A DNA stretch of 64,000 nucleotides from Sedimentisphaerales bacterium (GTDB lineage Bacteria; Planctomycetota; Phycisphaerae; Sedimentisphaerales; SM23-30). The notes beneath the pieces are model-generated. The model was not told the DNA's origin and ran no database searches. It was given only the letters and a program-made list of their open reading frames with translations. The position numbers were made by a program, and so were the translations under genes. Below, in pieces: positions 49,382 to 60,507 of this stretch (positions are counted from its first letter, which is position 1; each line of letters begins with the position of its first letter). Location of the stretch: positions 64,001 through 128,000 of the forward strand of contig CAXXFK010000010.1 of the NCBI GenBank assembly GCA_963663965.2, read 5' to 3'.

Positions 49382-51609
49382 TTAACTCGTAAGAGACTCA
49401 ATCATCTCCTTGCGATTCATTTCATCGATACGGCTCCAGTAAACTCTGCCAGTTTACTAATCCCCCGTTGGTCACCGACAACTTGTTCCATCAGCGATTT
49501 CCAGTCATCGCGCCGGGCTCCTTTCAAAAACCAGTACCCGCATGCCATTTTCCACCCGCCTGTTCCTGATCAACCTCTCAATTGCGCTTCTTTCATCGCT
49601 TTCGTAATAGTTTTCTCCAAATTTTTTCAGCCGCCCGCTTGACCACAGCGCCAATCTTTGCCGGCAACTTCATCGAACACCCGCCGCTCCATAACCGAAT
49701 CGCTGGGCAACACCAATGGATCGTTGGGCACCTGATGATAGCTGTCTCCGGTACAATATTCATCCTCCGGCCCGGTCATGGCCGCGCCAGCAGGTCCTGC
49801 GCCAGAATAGCCCCGGTTCGGGCATCGGCAATCGTGATCGTCACACTCAGTTCCGCTTCTTTAACCTCCTGATAAATCGGGTAGCGCCAGACCTGAATCT
49901 CATCTTCTTCCCGCCAGCGCGGCATCCGGGCGTAATCAAACCGAGCCTGTTCATAGTCCCGCCGCCGGTAGTTCATGGCATCTTCCAGATCCTCCACCCG
50001 GCTTTCCTTTACATAACCATATTTTTTGACATAAGCCTTCTTTTCTTCTTCGGTCATTTGTTCAAATTCCCGCCGCTCCCAGCGCCGTTTATCCGCCGCC
50101 CGCCGATACCGGTCCCGCGCTTCATAATATTCCAGCATATGAAGTTTGCATCGCCCGTTCCGCCCGGTCATAATCCTCATTATAGACCCGTTTCGTTCCT
50201 GCTTTAAAACGGGTTTCGCCGTAACGCTCCGATAGCCGGCTGTTAATATCAAAATCCGTTACGCGCCACTGAACGAGTACTTCAAACCGGCTCCTGGTGA
50301 TCCGCTGTCAAACCGCACGACGCCCCACGTCCCCACCGCGCGGCCAGGATCCGTTAAAATTTGCCACAATCACCTCTTCTACCTGTTGCGCCATGGCATT
50401 GCCAAACGCCGCCCGCTCGACTCCCACCCGGAATCCCACCTCATTTTTAATATGGTCGGCACAATCCATCACCCGGCCCCGGGCCACATCATCCGCCCGA
50501 TAGCCCAGCGCCAGCACACCATATAGATAACCGTTACCCCATAGTTCCCGGCCGATAAACTGTTCGGCACGGGCCATATTCTGTTCATATAAGGCCTCTC
50601 GAACTGCCTTTTCCAACTCATCTATGCCAGCGTAATCCGCGCGCACCGAGCGACACCGGGCGATCTGCTCCATGGCCTCCACATACTGCCTACCTTCATA
50701 AAATTCTTGGGTCTTATTTTTATATTGTTCGCACAAGGCATCCTGACTCCGCGCGATAGCCGCCTGAAGCCCCTTGCGTTCCGGATATAAGGTTTGCGCT
50801 TGCCGATAACGTTCCAGCGCCAGTTGGAAATTACCACCGACAAAAGAGTTTTCCGCCTCTGTGCACAGATGATCCGCCTGGTTGCGATCTTCGATCGCTT
50901 TCGTAATCTGTTCGCGTTTTATACTATCGCTCAAAAAAGTTTCGGCCTTTGCCAGTTTCGCCATTGCTCCAGAACGATCATCCTGTTCCAGCGCCGTTAC
51001 GGCCATCTGATAATACCAGTCATACCCCCCCTGTTTCGCCTGCTGTAAGGCCCCTTCACCGCCCGTAAACGAACGATTCACTTCCAGGGCCTCTTTAATC
51101 CGTACTACCGCCGCCTCCCATTCATTGCGGCTGCCCAACTCTTTGCCTTCCAATACCAGGCCTTCAGCATGCACCATTTTATCTTCAACCCGTTTAAGTA
51201 ATGTCTGTGCCGGCTGGTACGCTGGATACCAACCCAGCGAGTCCACGGCAAAACACCAGGCCTGTTCCAGTTCCGCGTCCCGTTCATAACGTGACGCCGC
51301 TTCATAATCCTCTTTCGCCGCGCACACCCGGGCCAGATTCAAGGCCTTGACCGCCATCACCAGTTTACGCTTTTTCGAAACGATCTCTCCCTGACGTTCC
51401 GCTTCAGCCAGTTCCAGCGCCGACCGCGTCTCCCGTGATGGCGCCATTCGCTCAACTGCCGCTTTTAAACTGCCGACCGCCTGTTCACAACGCCCCTGTT
51501 CCAGCAATGCCATCCCGGTTTTCCATTCGGACCGTCCGGCACAACCCTCACACCCAAACAAAAAGGCGATAAGTACTGTTATTGCAAGACTTGTCAGCAA
51601 TTTCATCAC
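49382..51609 (-). pseudogene. TPR-repeat lipoprotein, frameshifted in its 3' third
   Basis: Lipobox-like LFGC and TPR-like helices in ORF 50308-51609; continues in ORF 49776-50252 and further fragments to a TAA near 49382. Confidence 0.6.
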
Positions 51610-51797
51610 ATACCTCCATCAAAATGGCCTCCAAGTACCGCCGAAATCTTTTTTTATCTGTACCATGCGGATCTGGATTGCCTTTGTCATGCATGACGTT
51701 TACAATCTAACTTATCTTACAACCTCTTATGCTTTTTTACAATTATTTTTCACTCCATCTTATATTAAAAAAACCTTCGACCATCCCTTCAGCCCCA

Positions 51798-54407
51798 TCA
51801 TGGTTTAATAAAGCGCCACCGCACATTGCCATCGGTCCATTGACTCTCCACCAATCCGGCCACATCCCAGTCGTTGCGATAATGCAGCCTGCGCCCTGTT
51901 GCCTTATGATCGATAAAATACCAGCCGTATTGGTCAGGTACCAGATGCCAGCGGACAGAATCGTTATCCACCGACGCAGACACCATTTTCAACAGATCGT
52001 CACCGTCATTACTCAACCGATTGCCGCTGTCAACGTTTTCAATAAAATACCAGCCATCGCCGGCATCGGCCAGTCGCCACTGCACCTTACCGCCGGTATT
52101 GCTGATGTCCCCCATCGCTACCGACAGGCCATCCGGTGAACGCAAATCTTTATGGCTGCTGGCGTGATGCAGATAATATGGCTGCCCGATATCAGGGCCG
52201 TCGATGTCCCCATCCCAGGACGCATACAGACGTCCGGCAGGAGTAAGCGTGGCCTTATCCTCTTCAAACAAAGCCGACGGACCCAGTGGATAGCTGTCCG
52301 GCAACGCGCAGAACCAGGAATAGCGTTTGACATAATCTGTCTCTTCCAGCCGCCAGAGCACCTCCGCCAGGAAGGTATATACCTGGGCCCGGCTGTATTT
52401 GTTGGCCTTACTCGCGCTGGCGCTCCAGTCGGCCGATGCGAATTCCGTAATCCACAGAGGACGATGATACAGATTATATACGCTTTGCAGGTGACTCATC
52501 AAACTGTCCGGGCTGATCCCGCCATACCAGTGTACTGCCACATAATCCACCCGATAACCCAATGCATCCGCCCGTGTCATAAAATCTTTCATCCAGGCGT
52601 TATCCGCGTGCACACAACCCGGACTCACCATGGGCAGCCCCGGTTCTTCCAGACGCGGCCATAATTCCAGCGCCAGATCGACTGTCATATTCGACTGATC
52701 GGCATTGTCCGGCTCGTTAAAACCCATCACATAGTTAGCCATCCCGCGGCCTTTCATGGCCTGCAGGTCCACAACCGTCTGATCCATACTGCCCCACTTA
52801 CCCCATTTCATCGGACAAAACTGGATATCGTCAGGCGCGCTCGCAATGTTCAGCCCCCAGGTATAAACCCACTGGGCATTCAGTTGTTTCAATGCGTTCT
52901 GCCAATCGTTCCATTTACTGGGTACCAGGTCAAAGCCTTTTTTGGGCGTCACCTTCGGATAAACCTTGTCTGCCAGTTGCGCCACTTTGTCTGCCGGCAG
53001 TTCGGTTTCATATATCCGGATATCGTCGAACCAGCCTGGCAGAAACTGACCGCTATACCGATTTAACGAGCCCACCAACAGAGATTCCGGATCGCCTTTG
53101 CTGCCTGTGGGCCCCACCATTTCAGCCTCCAGCATCCCATCAACATACAACATCATTTGCCCGGTATCCGCCTGCCGCGTGGCCGCGATATGATGCCAGT
53201 ATCCATCATTGACCTCGCTTTGCGATACCACCGTCACGTCACCGCCCGCATCGCCCACGCCAAAGGCCGCTTTATTACCCACCAGCGCCACCCCAAAATC
53301 GTTCTCACCGCCCAAGACTTCACCATCCACCATTCCTTTGCCGCCCCACCACTGCGCATGATCCGGCGCCGTTGCCGTCGTTCTCAGCCAGAATGAAATA
53401 CTGAAATCGTCATGCGCCATACATGGGATCTGCACATATTCTCCCTGCCCATCCGTCTCGGTTTGAGCGTCCAGTCCCAGAACATAACCCTCTCCAACCG
53501 GCACCCAGTCTGCCGATTCCGTGCCATGCAGCTCACCAGGATGTCGCTTAAGCCAGTCTGTCGCCGTCCAGCCAGAGCCATCATTCAGGGGCCACCAACC
53601 CATCAGGCCCGGTTCCATATTCTTCAGCCAGAAACCCAGCCAATACACCAGGTCCGTCATGCCTACCTGCCCGCTCCGATCCAGATCGGTTCCGTCGCAA
53701 TGATCCCCAAATGCACACGCCTTCAGCCACTGACTGGCAATCATGTCCAGATCGTCCAGATCGACAAAAACATCGTGATTGACATCGGCGCTCAACGGCG
53801 TAATATCGTGCAGCGCGTACGCCAGATTATAATGAGCGCCCTGCCCAACACCGGCGTTGGTTTTAATATCGCGACTGTCACTGTCGGCAATCCAGGTATA
53901 AGTCGCCAGTCGGGGTCGATAATCGCCCAGGCCCACATACCGATAGTCACTCCATCCGTTACCATACAGATTCGCGCCACCGCCTCCTTTGCCCAGCAGC
54001 AACTGAAACCGGTAAGTGTAACCTACCGTCAGGTTCCTCATTTTAAAAGTCATTACCGACGGTCCGCCCTGGGCGTTTTCCTGAACTTTCCCGCCGGTAT
54101 TCAACAAATTGGACACCGCCGCGTCAGCCCCGGCATAATACCGGTCCGGCCAGCTGTCCGATGTCGCACTGGCATTGGCGATATTGGAATAATCCGTATC
54201 GTACAATATCCCGCCAATGGATTGACTGGCCGCCCCTTGTCCCAGGTTGCTTGCCTTCACCCATTCGCCACTACTCGCAACCTGGGTTGGATCTTCGCAT
54301 ATCGACACTTGCCACCCGGCCCATACCGGCCATACCAACCACAATAAAACAATACCATTCCAACCGATTCTCTTGCCGCTCACTTTATTCATAAGATTCG
54401 TTTCCAT
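51798..54407 (-). CDS. Multidomain GH128-like beta-1,3-glucanase (dockerin-like pair, LamG, GH128, ricin-type lectin)
   Basis: GFNEPD and PLWITEF catalytic motifs, VHWY; DGYWHHIAAT LamG motif; C-terminal QW...GWYFI repeats. Start codon uncertain (54416/54407/54392). Confidence 0.82.
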   Translation of the reverse strand: METNLMNKVSGKRIGWNGIVLLWLVWPVWAGWQVSICEDPTQVASSGEWVKASNLGQGAASQSIGGILYDTDYSNIANASATSDSWPDRYYAGADAAVSNLLNTGGKVQENAQGGPSVMTFKMRNLTVGYTYRFQLLLGKGGGGANLYGNGWSDYRYVGLGDYRPRLATYTWIADSDSRDIKTNAGVGQGAHYNLAYALHDITPLSADVNHDVFVDLDDLDMIASQWLKACAFGDHCDGTDLDRSGQVGMTDLVYWLGFWLKNMEPGLMGWWPLNDGSGWTATDWLKRHPGELHGTESADWVPVGEGYVLGLDAQTETDGQGEYVQIPCMAHDDFSISFWLRTTATAPDHAQWWGGKGMVDGEVLGGENDFGVALVGNKAAFGVGDAGGDVTVVSQSEVNDGYWHHIAATRQADTGQMMLYVDGMLEAEMVGPTGSKGDPESLLVGSLNRYSGQFLPGWFDDIRIYETELPADKVAQLADKVYPKVTPKKGFDLVPSKWNDWQNALKQLNAQWVYTWGLNIASAPDDIQFCPMKWGKWGSMDQTVVDLQAMKGRGMANYVMGFNEPDNADQSNMTVDLALELWPRLEEPGLPMVSPGCVHADNAWMKDFMTRADALGYRVDYVAVHWYGGISPDSLMSHLQSVYNLYHRPLWITEFASADWSASASKANKYSRAQVYTFLAEVLWRLEETDYVKRYSWFCALPDSYPLGPSALFEEDKATLTPAGRLYASWDGDIDGPDIGQPYYLHHASSHKDLRSPDGLSVAMGDISNTGGKVQWRLADAGDGWYFIENVDSGNRLSNDGDDLLKMVSASVDNDSVRWHLVPDQYGWYFIDHKATGRRLHYRNDWDVAGLVESQWTDGNVRWRFIKP

Positions 54408-54472
54408 CTTGCCCAACGGTACTATGATCCGTCACCGCAGGGCCAATTGATTCCAATGATACCCGTTTAATT

Positions 54473-54511
54473 AAAGAAATCCCGGACGAAGTGTTTCGTC
54501 TCCGTCCGGGA
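54473..54511 (-). terminator. Intergenic terminator-like hairpin
   Basis: TCCCGGACG...CGTCCGGGA followed by TTTCTTT on the minus strand. Confidence 0.65.
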
Positions 54512-54536
54512 CAGGACTATGTAATAATCTTAATTC

Positions 54537-56543
54537 TTACTGACATATCGGGTACAAACCACAACTCAGCCAGTCCATCGAGAAGAGCGCGAAATCTTCC
54601 AGATTGACCCGGCAGTCGTTGTTCAAATCCCACTGACTGGCATAAGGATTCACACACACGCTCTTGCCCGTTACATCGTGGTACATTTGCACCACTTCGC
54701 GCTGGCTCAGATCGTAATTGAATATCTGGATGTCATCCAGCGCCCCCGGGAAGGTCACGCCTGCGGTATCGACCCGCGAAATACCGATCGCAATCGGCGC
54801 TGCCGGATCGCCGCCAAACTTCATGGCGCCGCTGGCTTGCGGCACGCCGTTAATATATATCGTGCCGTTGGTTCCGTCGGTCACCGCACAGACCTGCACC
54901 CATTCATCCGCGCCGAAGGTGCCGGGGCCGGCCCAGAGTTGGTTGGACGCGCTGAAGAACCGGGCATAATTGGTTCCACTGTGACTGCCGTCGCCGCTGC
55001 GTGCGATCAGGGCAAAATGATTGCTCGTACTGCTCCATTTGGTCACAATACCATGCGGAGTGCCCCAGGTCGCGCCATCCCACTTCACCCAGGCGCTGAT
55101 CGTCATCCGGCCGGTCAGGCTTGCCGGATCCCAGTCGCCCGCGCCGGCCCAACCGTTCGAATCATCAATAGTCACCGCATCACCTGCAATACCCGCACCA
55201 AAAGCCGGAGTGCCAGTTACGGTCGCGTTATGACCCTCGCCGCTCAAATCGACATACTGACCATCGACATAATCGGCCTGGTCGAAACTCCAGTGCGCCA
55301 CGGCCCGCTTAATCGCCAGCAAAGCCGGAGCGCTTAATACCGTGCCACCGTTATTCGTGACTTTGCAATAGTAATAACCTTCATCGCTCACCTGGGCGGC
55401 GGCGATATTCAATTCCGCGTCGGTACCTCTTAAGACATCATCTTGCGGGGTGTCAGTCGAATTATCGGTCGATTGATACCAGGAATAGCTCAGCGGCGAT
55501 GCCGACACGACCGAAAGAGTCATAGTAGATGATTCTCCGGCAAACACCAGTTGATCGGTCGATTGCCCTTCAATAACCGGTATGCTCTTCACCGTGTCAA
55601 ATTGGGTATAAGGACTCATAATATTATTCGGATCACCTGCCGGCAGCAAACCGTTTCCGGTGTCCAGGGCTTCTTCGACCGCCCAGAAATAACGGCCGTC
55701 CATATTCAGGGTGAGCGGTCCGAATGACAGGTCCGTCAGGAGCGGAGAACCGGCATCCACCTCACCTGTCAGATACAGGTTCGGATCGGTCGAAGTCGCC
55801 TGATCTTCGCTCAGATACACATAATATTTCCGAATGGCAGCCAGCGGAACACCCGGATTCTCAGCATCTTCACCCGGCTTCCATTGGAAATTGACTTCCA
55901 CTTTACCGTTGGTCACCGTTCCTACATGTTCATCTTCGTCGGCCGGGACCATCTCACGAGCGGCCTGTTTGTCGATGGCAAATAACCGGACATTCGTGGC
56001 ATACAAATGCCCCCAATCCCAGTCACGCATAATAATCCGCACGCCCAGTTTCAGCCCGACAAATTCGGGATTCGTATCCGTATCGATCTCCATCGAATAC
56101 GGTTTCCAGGCCGGATGATGATTCATCACCAAGTTTCCGGTAGTCACACCCGTTTGCCAGGCGTCACCGTCGATGGGTGAGATGTTCAGAGCCATCGCCC
56201 AGCTCCATTCCGATTTGCAATCGACAACCAGACGATAAATCGTATGGGCCTTTGCGATCACACCGGTATCCTGAGACACATTGTTTTCCGCCTGCCGGCC
56301 GATACGCGCCATCATCTGAGCGCCTGGATGATCGTCACCCCAGGCGGTATCCGCGATAATCCGGGTATCTCCCCCGGTTCCAGACCAAGCCAGGCAGTCA
56401 TCCAGCGTTCGCGCATTCAAGTCGGTTACGCCCGCGTTATTTAATTCGAAATTCGGATTCGTCATCAAGTTAGGACCGGCTGCCCACATCGGCGTAGCAC
56501 ACGCGACCAGCAACAGTAAAGCGATTGAAAAATATCGTTTCAT
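54537..56543 (-). CDS. Secreted CBM-like / Ig / LamG protein with dockerin-like tail
   Basis: Signal peptide, NLMTNPNFE, DEGYYYC Ig motif, LamG (GALDDIQIFNY), tail DLNNDCRVNLEDF...WLSCG. Confidence 0.82.
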   Translation of the reverse strand: MKRYFSIALLLLVACATPMWAAGPNLMTNPNFELNNAGVTDLNARTLDDCLAWSGTGGDTRIIADTAWGDDHPGAQMMARIGRQAENNVSQDTGVIAKAHTIYRLVVDCKSEWSWAMALNISPIDGDAWQTGVTTGNLVMNHHPAWKPYSMEIDTDTNPEFVGLKLGVRIIMRDWDWGHLYATNVRLFAIDKQAAREMVPADEDEHVGTVTNGKVEVNFQWKPGEDAENPGVPLAAIRKYYVYLSEDQATSTDPNLYLTGEVDAGSPLLTDLSFGPLTLNMDGRYFWAVEEALDTGNGLLPAGDPNNIMSPYTQFDTVKSIPVIEGQSTDQLVFAGESSTMTLSVVSASPLSYSWYQSTDNSTDTPQDDVLRGTDAELNIAAAQVSDEGYYYCKVTNNGGTVLSAPALLAIKRAVAHWSFDQADYVDGQYVDLSGEGHNATVTGTPAFGAGIAGDAVTIDDSNGWAGAGDWDPASLTGRMTISAWVKWDGATWGTPHGIVTKWSSTSNHFALIARSGDGSHSGTNYARFFSASNQLWAGPGTFGADEWVQVCAVTDGTNGTIYINGVPQASGAMKFGGDPAAPIAIGISRVDTAGVTFPGALDDIQIFNYDLSQREVVQMYHDVTGKSVCVNPYASQWDLNNDCRVNLEDFALFSMDWLSCGLYPICQ

Positions 56544-56575
56544 GGTATTATCCTTTCCTCGTAATGGTTATTTTT

Positions 56576-56606
56576 AAAGAGATTGCCGCCGTCGCCGGCA
56601 GCAATC
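56576..56606 (-). terminator. Intergenic hairpin (terminator or stabiliser)
   Basis: GATTGCTGCCG...CGGCGGCAATC followed by TCTTT on the minus strand. Confidence 0.5.
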
Positions 56607-56627
56607 CCGTCATTTTATCCTGAATGA

Positions 56628-58775
56628 CTATTCGCAAGCCGGCACCAGACCGCAACTCAGCCACGCATTGGCCAACTGGGCAAAATCGTTCAGATCGACT
56701 TTACAGTTGTGGTCCACATCGTAGGCCGACATATACGGCTTGATACAAACGCTTTCACCGGTCACATCGTAATACAACTGAGCGACACCTTCGGCATCCA
56801 GTGCGTAATTATAAATCCGCACTTCATCCAGAGCGCCCGGCAGCAGATAATCGGTGGGCGTGCCTTTGCCCAGCAGAATCTGGGCATCGACATTGGCGCC
56901 AAAATTCCACGTACCACTGGCGCTCAATACCCCGTTGCGGTAAATGCGGGCCTGACTGCCCTCCACCACCGCCACCAGATGACTCCAGCCGTCTAGCGTC
57001 ACCGCGTCCGGACCGGCCCACACATCGCCGCCGGTCCAACTGCTGAAACGCGCCCAGTTAGCGCCGGTATGAGAACCATCTCCCCCGCGAACATATAAGG
57101 CCCAGTCAAAACTGCTGTCTTCGCGTTTACTGACCACCCCCTGACCATCGCCGCTGGCGTCTTCATTGAGTTTTACCCAGGCGCTCACCGACATCTGATT
57201 GGTATAAGCGTTGGGACGCCACGAACCCGCGCGCGCCCAGGTCGCGTCTGTCATAGTAACCGCTTCGCCCTTGACACCGGGTACAAAGTTACCGGCCACC
57301 TGCGACGGGTTATTCGGATCGGCCGGATGCAATCCGGTCTCGTCCGCGTATTGACCATTGATAAAACGGCCCTCATCCAGGGTCCAGCAGGCCAGTTCCT
57401 GACGGACTCCCAACCGCACCGCGTTGGTATCAGTCGTGCCGCCCTCATTGCTGACCGCGCAGTAATAATAACCTTGATCGGCCACCGCCACGGCGGCAAA
57501 GTCCAGGGTTTCGTTCGTACTCACCTTTACATCATCTTCCGGAGTCGCGTTGCTGTAATCGGTCGAGCGATACCATTGGAAACTGGCGGTCGACGCGCTG
57601 GTGTAAGCAAAACTCAACGAAACCGAATCACCGGCATTGGCCAGCTCATCGGTCGGTTGACTGCTGATCACCGGTACGCTCTTCAATGTATCAAAATACC
57701 ACACCGGACCGGGCATGGTATTCGGATCGTTTGCGGCCGTACCGTCAATGCTCTCATCGACCCGCCAGTAATAGCGGCTATCCAGATCCAAATCTTCCGG
57801 ACCATAACTGGCCGTACTGTTCACCGGACTGCCCGCCTCGATTTCGATGGGAGTCGCCAACGCCAGGTTCGGCTCGTCCGTGGCAATATACAGATAATGT
57901 TTCGTCACCGATGCCAGCGGCACACCCGCATCGCTGGCGGTATCCCAACTGAATGTCACCGCGACCTGGGTTCCTTCCGGATTCAATTCGCCGACTCCCA
58001 TCGCGCCTTGTGCCGGTGACGGGTTCGAGGCCGGCACGATCGGCAGCGCCAGATTGGCCGCGCCCGGATCGATGGCGATATCGTCAATATAAATATTCTG
58101 GGCCGCAGTGCCGTTCATCTTCCCGGCCCAGGTATAAATCGTATCCAGACTGTCCGTCACTGCCAGCCGAAACGCCAGATTATCGCCAATCAAATCCGCT
58201 TCCGTGGCAGCGCTGCCCTCGGTCAGATAGACATCGTAGGTATCGGTCGCCTGGTCAATTACCAGCCACACACTGTACCAGGTATTCAAACTGAGGCCGT
58301 TCTTCAAGGTCAGCACCGATCCGCCACTGCGCCCACGCGCCATAAAACCGGCCCCATCGGTTGCGAATACAAAGCCGACAATCTCCTGGTTCATATTATT
58401 GGGATTGTCGTCATTCGTCAGGGCAAAGGTGTGTTTCAGCGTATTGTTCGCTTCGACCAAAAACCGGAAATATACCGTTCCGGTCTGACCCTCGGCAATC
58501 GCTTGATTCCCCAACGCTTTCTTAAATCCCCGGCTCTGCCAGATCGGGGAGTTCCAGCGCACCGCCATATTACCGTCCCCCATATCGACAATACGGGCGC
58601 TGGTTCCGGTCCAGAATCCGCTGTCCGCCCGGTTCAATCCAATCCAGCCGTTATAGTTATGGATCGACGCATTGTCGACGGCCATCTCCCAGTTCTCGAA
58701 TATTACCAGACCCGCCCAACCCGGCACGGTACACATTAATACAATAATTGCTCCAAATAATAATCTTCCTCTCAT
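56628..58775 (-). CDS. Secreted Ig / LamG protein with dockerin-like tail, paralogous to 54537-56543
   Basis: Signal peptide, YYWRVDE, DQGYYYC, GALDEVRIYNY, tail DVDHNCKVDLNDF...WLSCG. Confidence 0.82.
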   Translation of the reverse strand: MRGRLLFGAIIVLMCTVPGWAGLVIFENWEMAVDNASIHNYNGWIGLNRADSGFWTGTSARIVDMGDGNMAVRWNSPIWQSRGFKKALGNQAIAEGQTGTVYFRFLVEANNTLKHTFALTNDDNPNNMNQEIVGFVFATDGAGFMARGRSGGSVLTLKNGLSLNTWYSVWLVIDQATDTYDVYLTEGSAATEADLIGDNLAFRLAVTDSLDTIYTWAGKMNGTAAQNIYIDDIAIDPGAANLALPIVPASNPSPAQGAMGVGELNPEGTQVAVTFSWDTASDAGVPLASVTKHYLYIATDEPNLALATPIEIEAGSPVNSTASYGPEDLDLDSRYYWRVDESIDGTAANDPNTMPGPVWYFDTLKSVPVISSQPTDELANAGDSVSLSFAYTSASTASFQWYRSTDYSNATPEDDVKVSTNETLDFAAVAVADQGYYYCAVSNEGGTTDTNAVRLGVRQELACWTLDEGRFINGQYADETGLHPADPNNPSQVAGNFVPGVKGEAVTMTDATWARAGSWRPNAYTNQMSVSAWVKLNEDASGDGQGVVSKREDSSFDWALYVRGGDGSHTGANWARFSSWTGGDVWAGPDAVTLDGWSHLVAVVEGSQARIYRNGVLSASGTWNFGANVDAQILLGKGTPTDYLLPGALDEVRIYNYALDAEGVAQLYYDVTGESVCIKPYMSAYDVDHNCKVDLNDFAQLANAWLSCGLVPACE

Positions 58776-58836
58776 GGCTCTTAGACCTCCACTAAAAGGG
58801 TTAATAAAGTAAGACCGGCTAAAGCGTTTAACCGGT

Positions 58837-60504
58837 TCATTTTCGGTTTTTAGCGATCAATTGAGGATCCACAAACAAACAATAATCATTACTATTAATA
58901 TTGCCCCCATCGGTCAGGGCTAACGACAGAAAACGATCACCCGCCTCTATGGGAACTTTGATCTCGAATTCACCCGACTCGGGCGTGACTTTCATCTTCT
59001 GAAAACGCGGCTGCCCATCCACCAATACCCAGAAGTCGGCACACGCATCCGTAGAATGCTTCACCGCTTCATTAATCAATCCCGTCGCCCGGAACTGTTC
59101 AAACGCCACACTCCCCAGGTTATCGCCGATCGCTTTCAGATCGAAAGTCACACCCAGACTTGGCAGAAAATGCAGCGCCCGCGGCACTCCAACAGACAGG
59201 TCTTCACCCCGATAAATCGGCGCCATTTTCAACAGGCGTCCATTGCTGATTCCAAATATTGCGTCACCCCGACTATGGGGTATATTCTTAAAGACATCTC
59301 CTTTTGAACTCACACGAATACTGTTGCCGCTGCGAAGATTGCACGAAAAAAAGTAATCGATCATCGGATGGCATTTCACCGCCCGGTAGTATTCATAATC
59401 GTCATAGCGCTGCCGCTGCGGTATCTCGTCAACCGGCACAATCGAACTGCCATTGATATCCAGAACCCTATTGGCCCGCCCGGTCCCCAAACCATTTCCT
59501 CCACCGATTATATCGGCCAGTTGCACAGGTTCGCCCCGCCACAGACTCTTGCCGTCCAGGGTCAAACGCCGCACAAAATCTTCAGTCCGGCAGGGTATGC
59601 TGCGAAATTCGCCGGTCGCTTTATCCACTTGCCCCGCCTGTCCTCCCGTCAGAATCTGGTTGGCCTGGGCCGATCCGCGCGGCCCCGATACCACCGAGGC
59701 CTTGCCCAGCAGCATATGCACTTCCGAACTCCCGTCCGGCCAGACATTCACTCCAAACTCGGTTCCCAGATCGATCACGCTCGAACTGGGGGTGTGAACC
59801 GTAAAACCGATCCCACGCTCATGCACGAAGGTACAAACCCGGCCGTGCTGCAAGAACAGATTATCCCGCCCCAGCACTCGAAACTCCGCCGGCGCCTGTA
59901 CGACCACATCCGCCCCGTCGTGAAAACCGATCGTGGCATACCCCTTTTCCAGCACATAACGGCCCGGATACAATTTCTCCCCGGTTTGCGGCATAATGCC
60001 AGACTGCCCCCACTGGGTGTTCATTTCTTTGGTTAAGTTCGCCACCGACACCACCGGCTCAATCTGGGCGGAGCGCATGATCAACCGATCCAGCATAATC
60101 ACCGAAGCACACATCACCAGTATCGCCGCCGAACGGATAACGATTTGCCTGAAACTCGGACCATGATATTCCCGTGGCGCCATTAACCGTTGGGCCGGGT
60201 GTATGCCATCTACCTCCCTCGTTTCTGCCATTGCCCGCCGAATCGCCGAATCGAATAAATCCTGCTCCACCTTCTCCCGAAAACCATCAACATCTTCATT
60301 CAGATAATCGTCAATCGCAGTGGCATGCTGACGCATCCAGACCGTGATATCGAGAAATTCCGAATAATAACGCCGCGCCTCATCGTCCCGCATCAAACGG
60401 GCATGCAACGCTTCGCGCTGCATGGTCGATAACTGACCTTCCAACATCAAATTGATCAGTTCGCCCAGGGTGGTTTCCGGTTGTCCTGCGTGGTCAGTCA
60501 TCAT
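58837..60504 (-). CDS. FecR-domain anti-sigma / sensor with C-terminal NPCBM/NEW2-like domain
   Basis: N-terminal anti-sigma helix, TM, F.V.TP...VIDLGTEFGV, C-terminal F.VLVDG...RFL.LA.TDGG. Confidence 0.82.
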   Translation of the reverse strand: MMTDHAGQPETTLGELINLMLEGQLSTMQREALHARLMRDDEARRYYSEFLDITVWMRQHATAIDDYLNEDVDGFREKVEQDLFDSAIRRAMAETREVDGIHPAQRLMAPREYHGPSFRQIVIRSAAILVMCASVIMLDRLIMRSAQIEPVVSVANLTKEMNTQWGQSGIMPQTGEKLYPGRYVLEKGYATIGFHDGADVVVQAPAEFRVLGRDNLFLQHGRVCTFVHERGIGFTVHTPSSSVIDLGTEFGVNVWPDGSSEVHMLLGKASVVSGPRGSAQANQILTGGQAGQVDKATGEFRSIPCRTEDFVRRLTLDGKSLWRGEPVQLADIIGGGNGLGTGRANRVLDINGSSIVPVDEIPQRQRYDDYEYYRAVKCHPMIDYFFSCNLRSGNSIRVSSKGDVFKNIPHSRGDAIFGISNGRLLKMAPIYRGEDLSVGVPRALHFLPSLGVTFDLKAIGDNLGSVAFEQFRATGLINEAVKHSTDACADFWVLVDGQPRFQKMKVTPESGEFEIKVPIEAGDRFLSLALTDGGNINSNDYCLFVDPQLIAKNRK

Positions 60505-60507
60505 CTC

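Noticed and set aside
43900..50400. Programmed frameshifting or phase variation as the cause of the broken genes
   Set aside because: There are too many indels per gene across unrelated genes, and no long simple-sequence tracts or consistent slippery sites.
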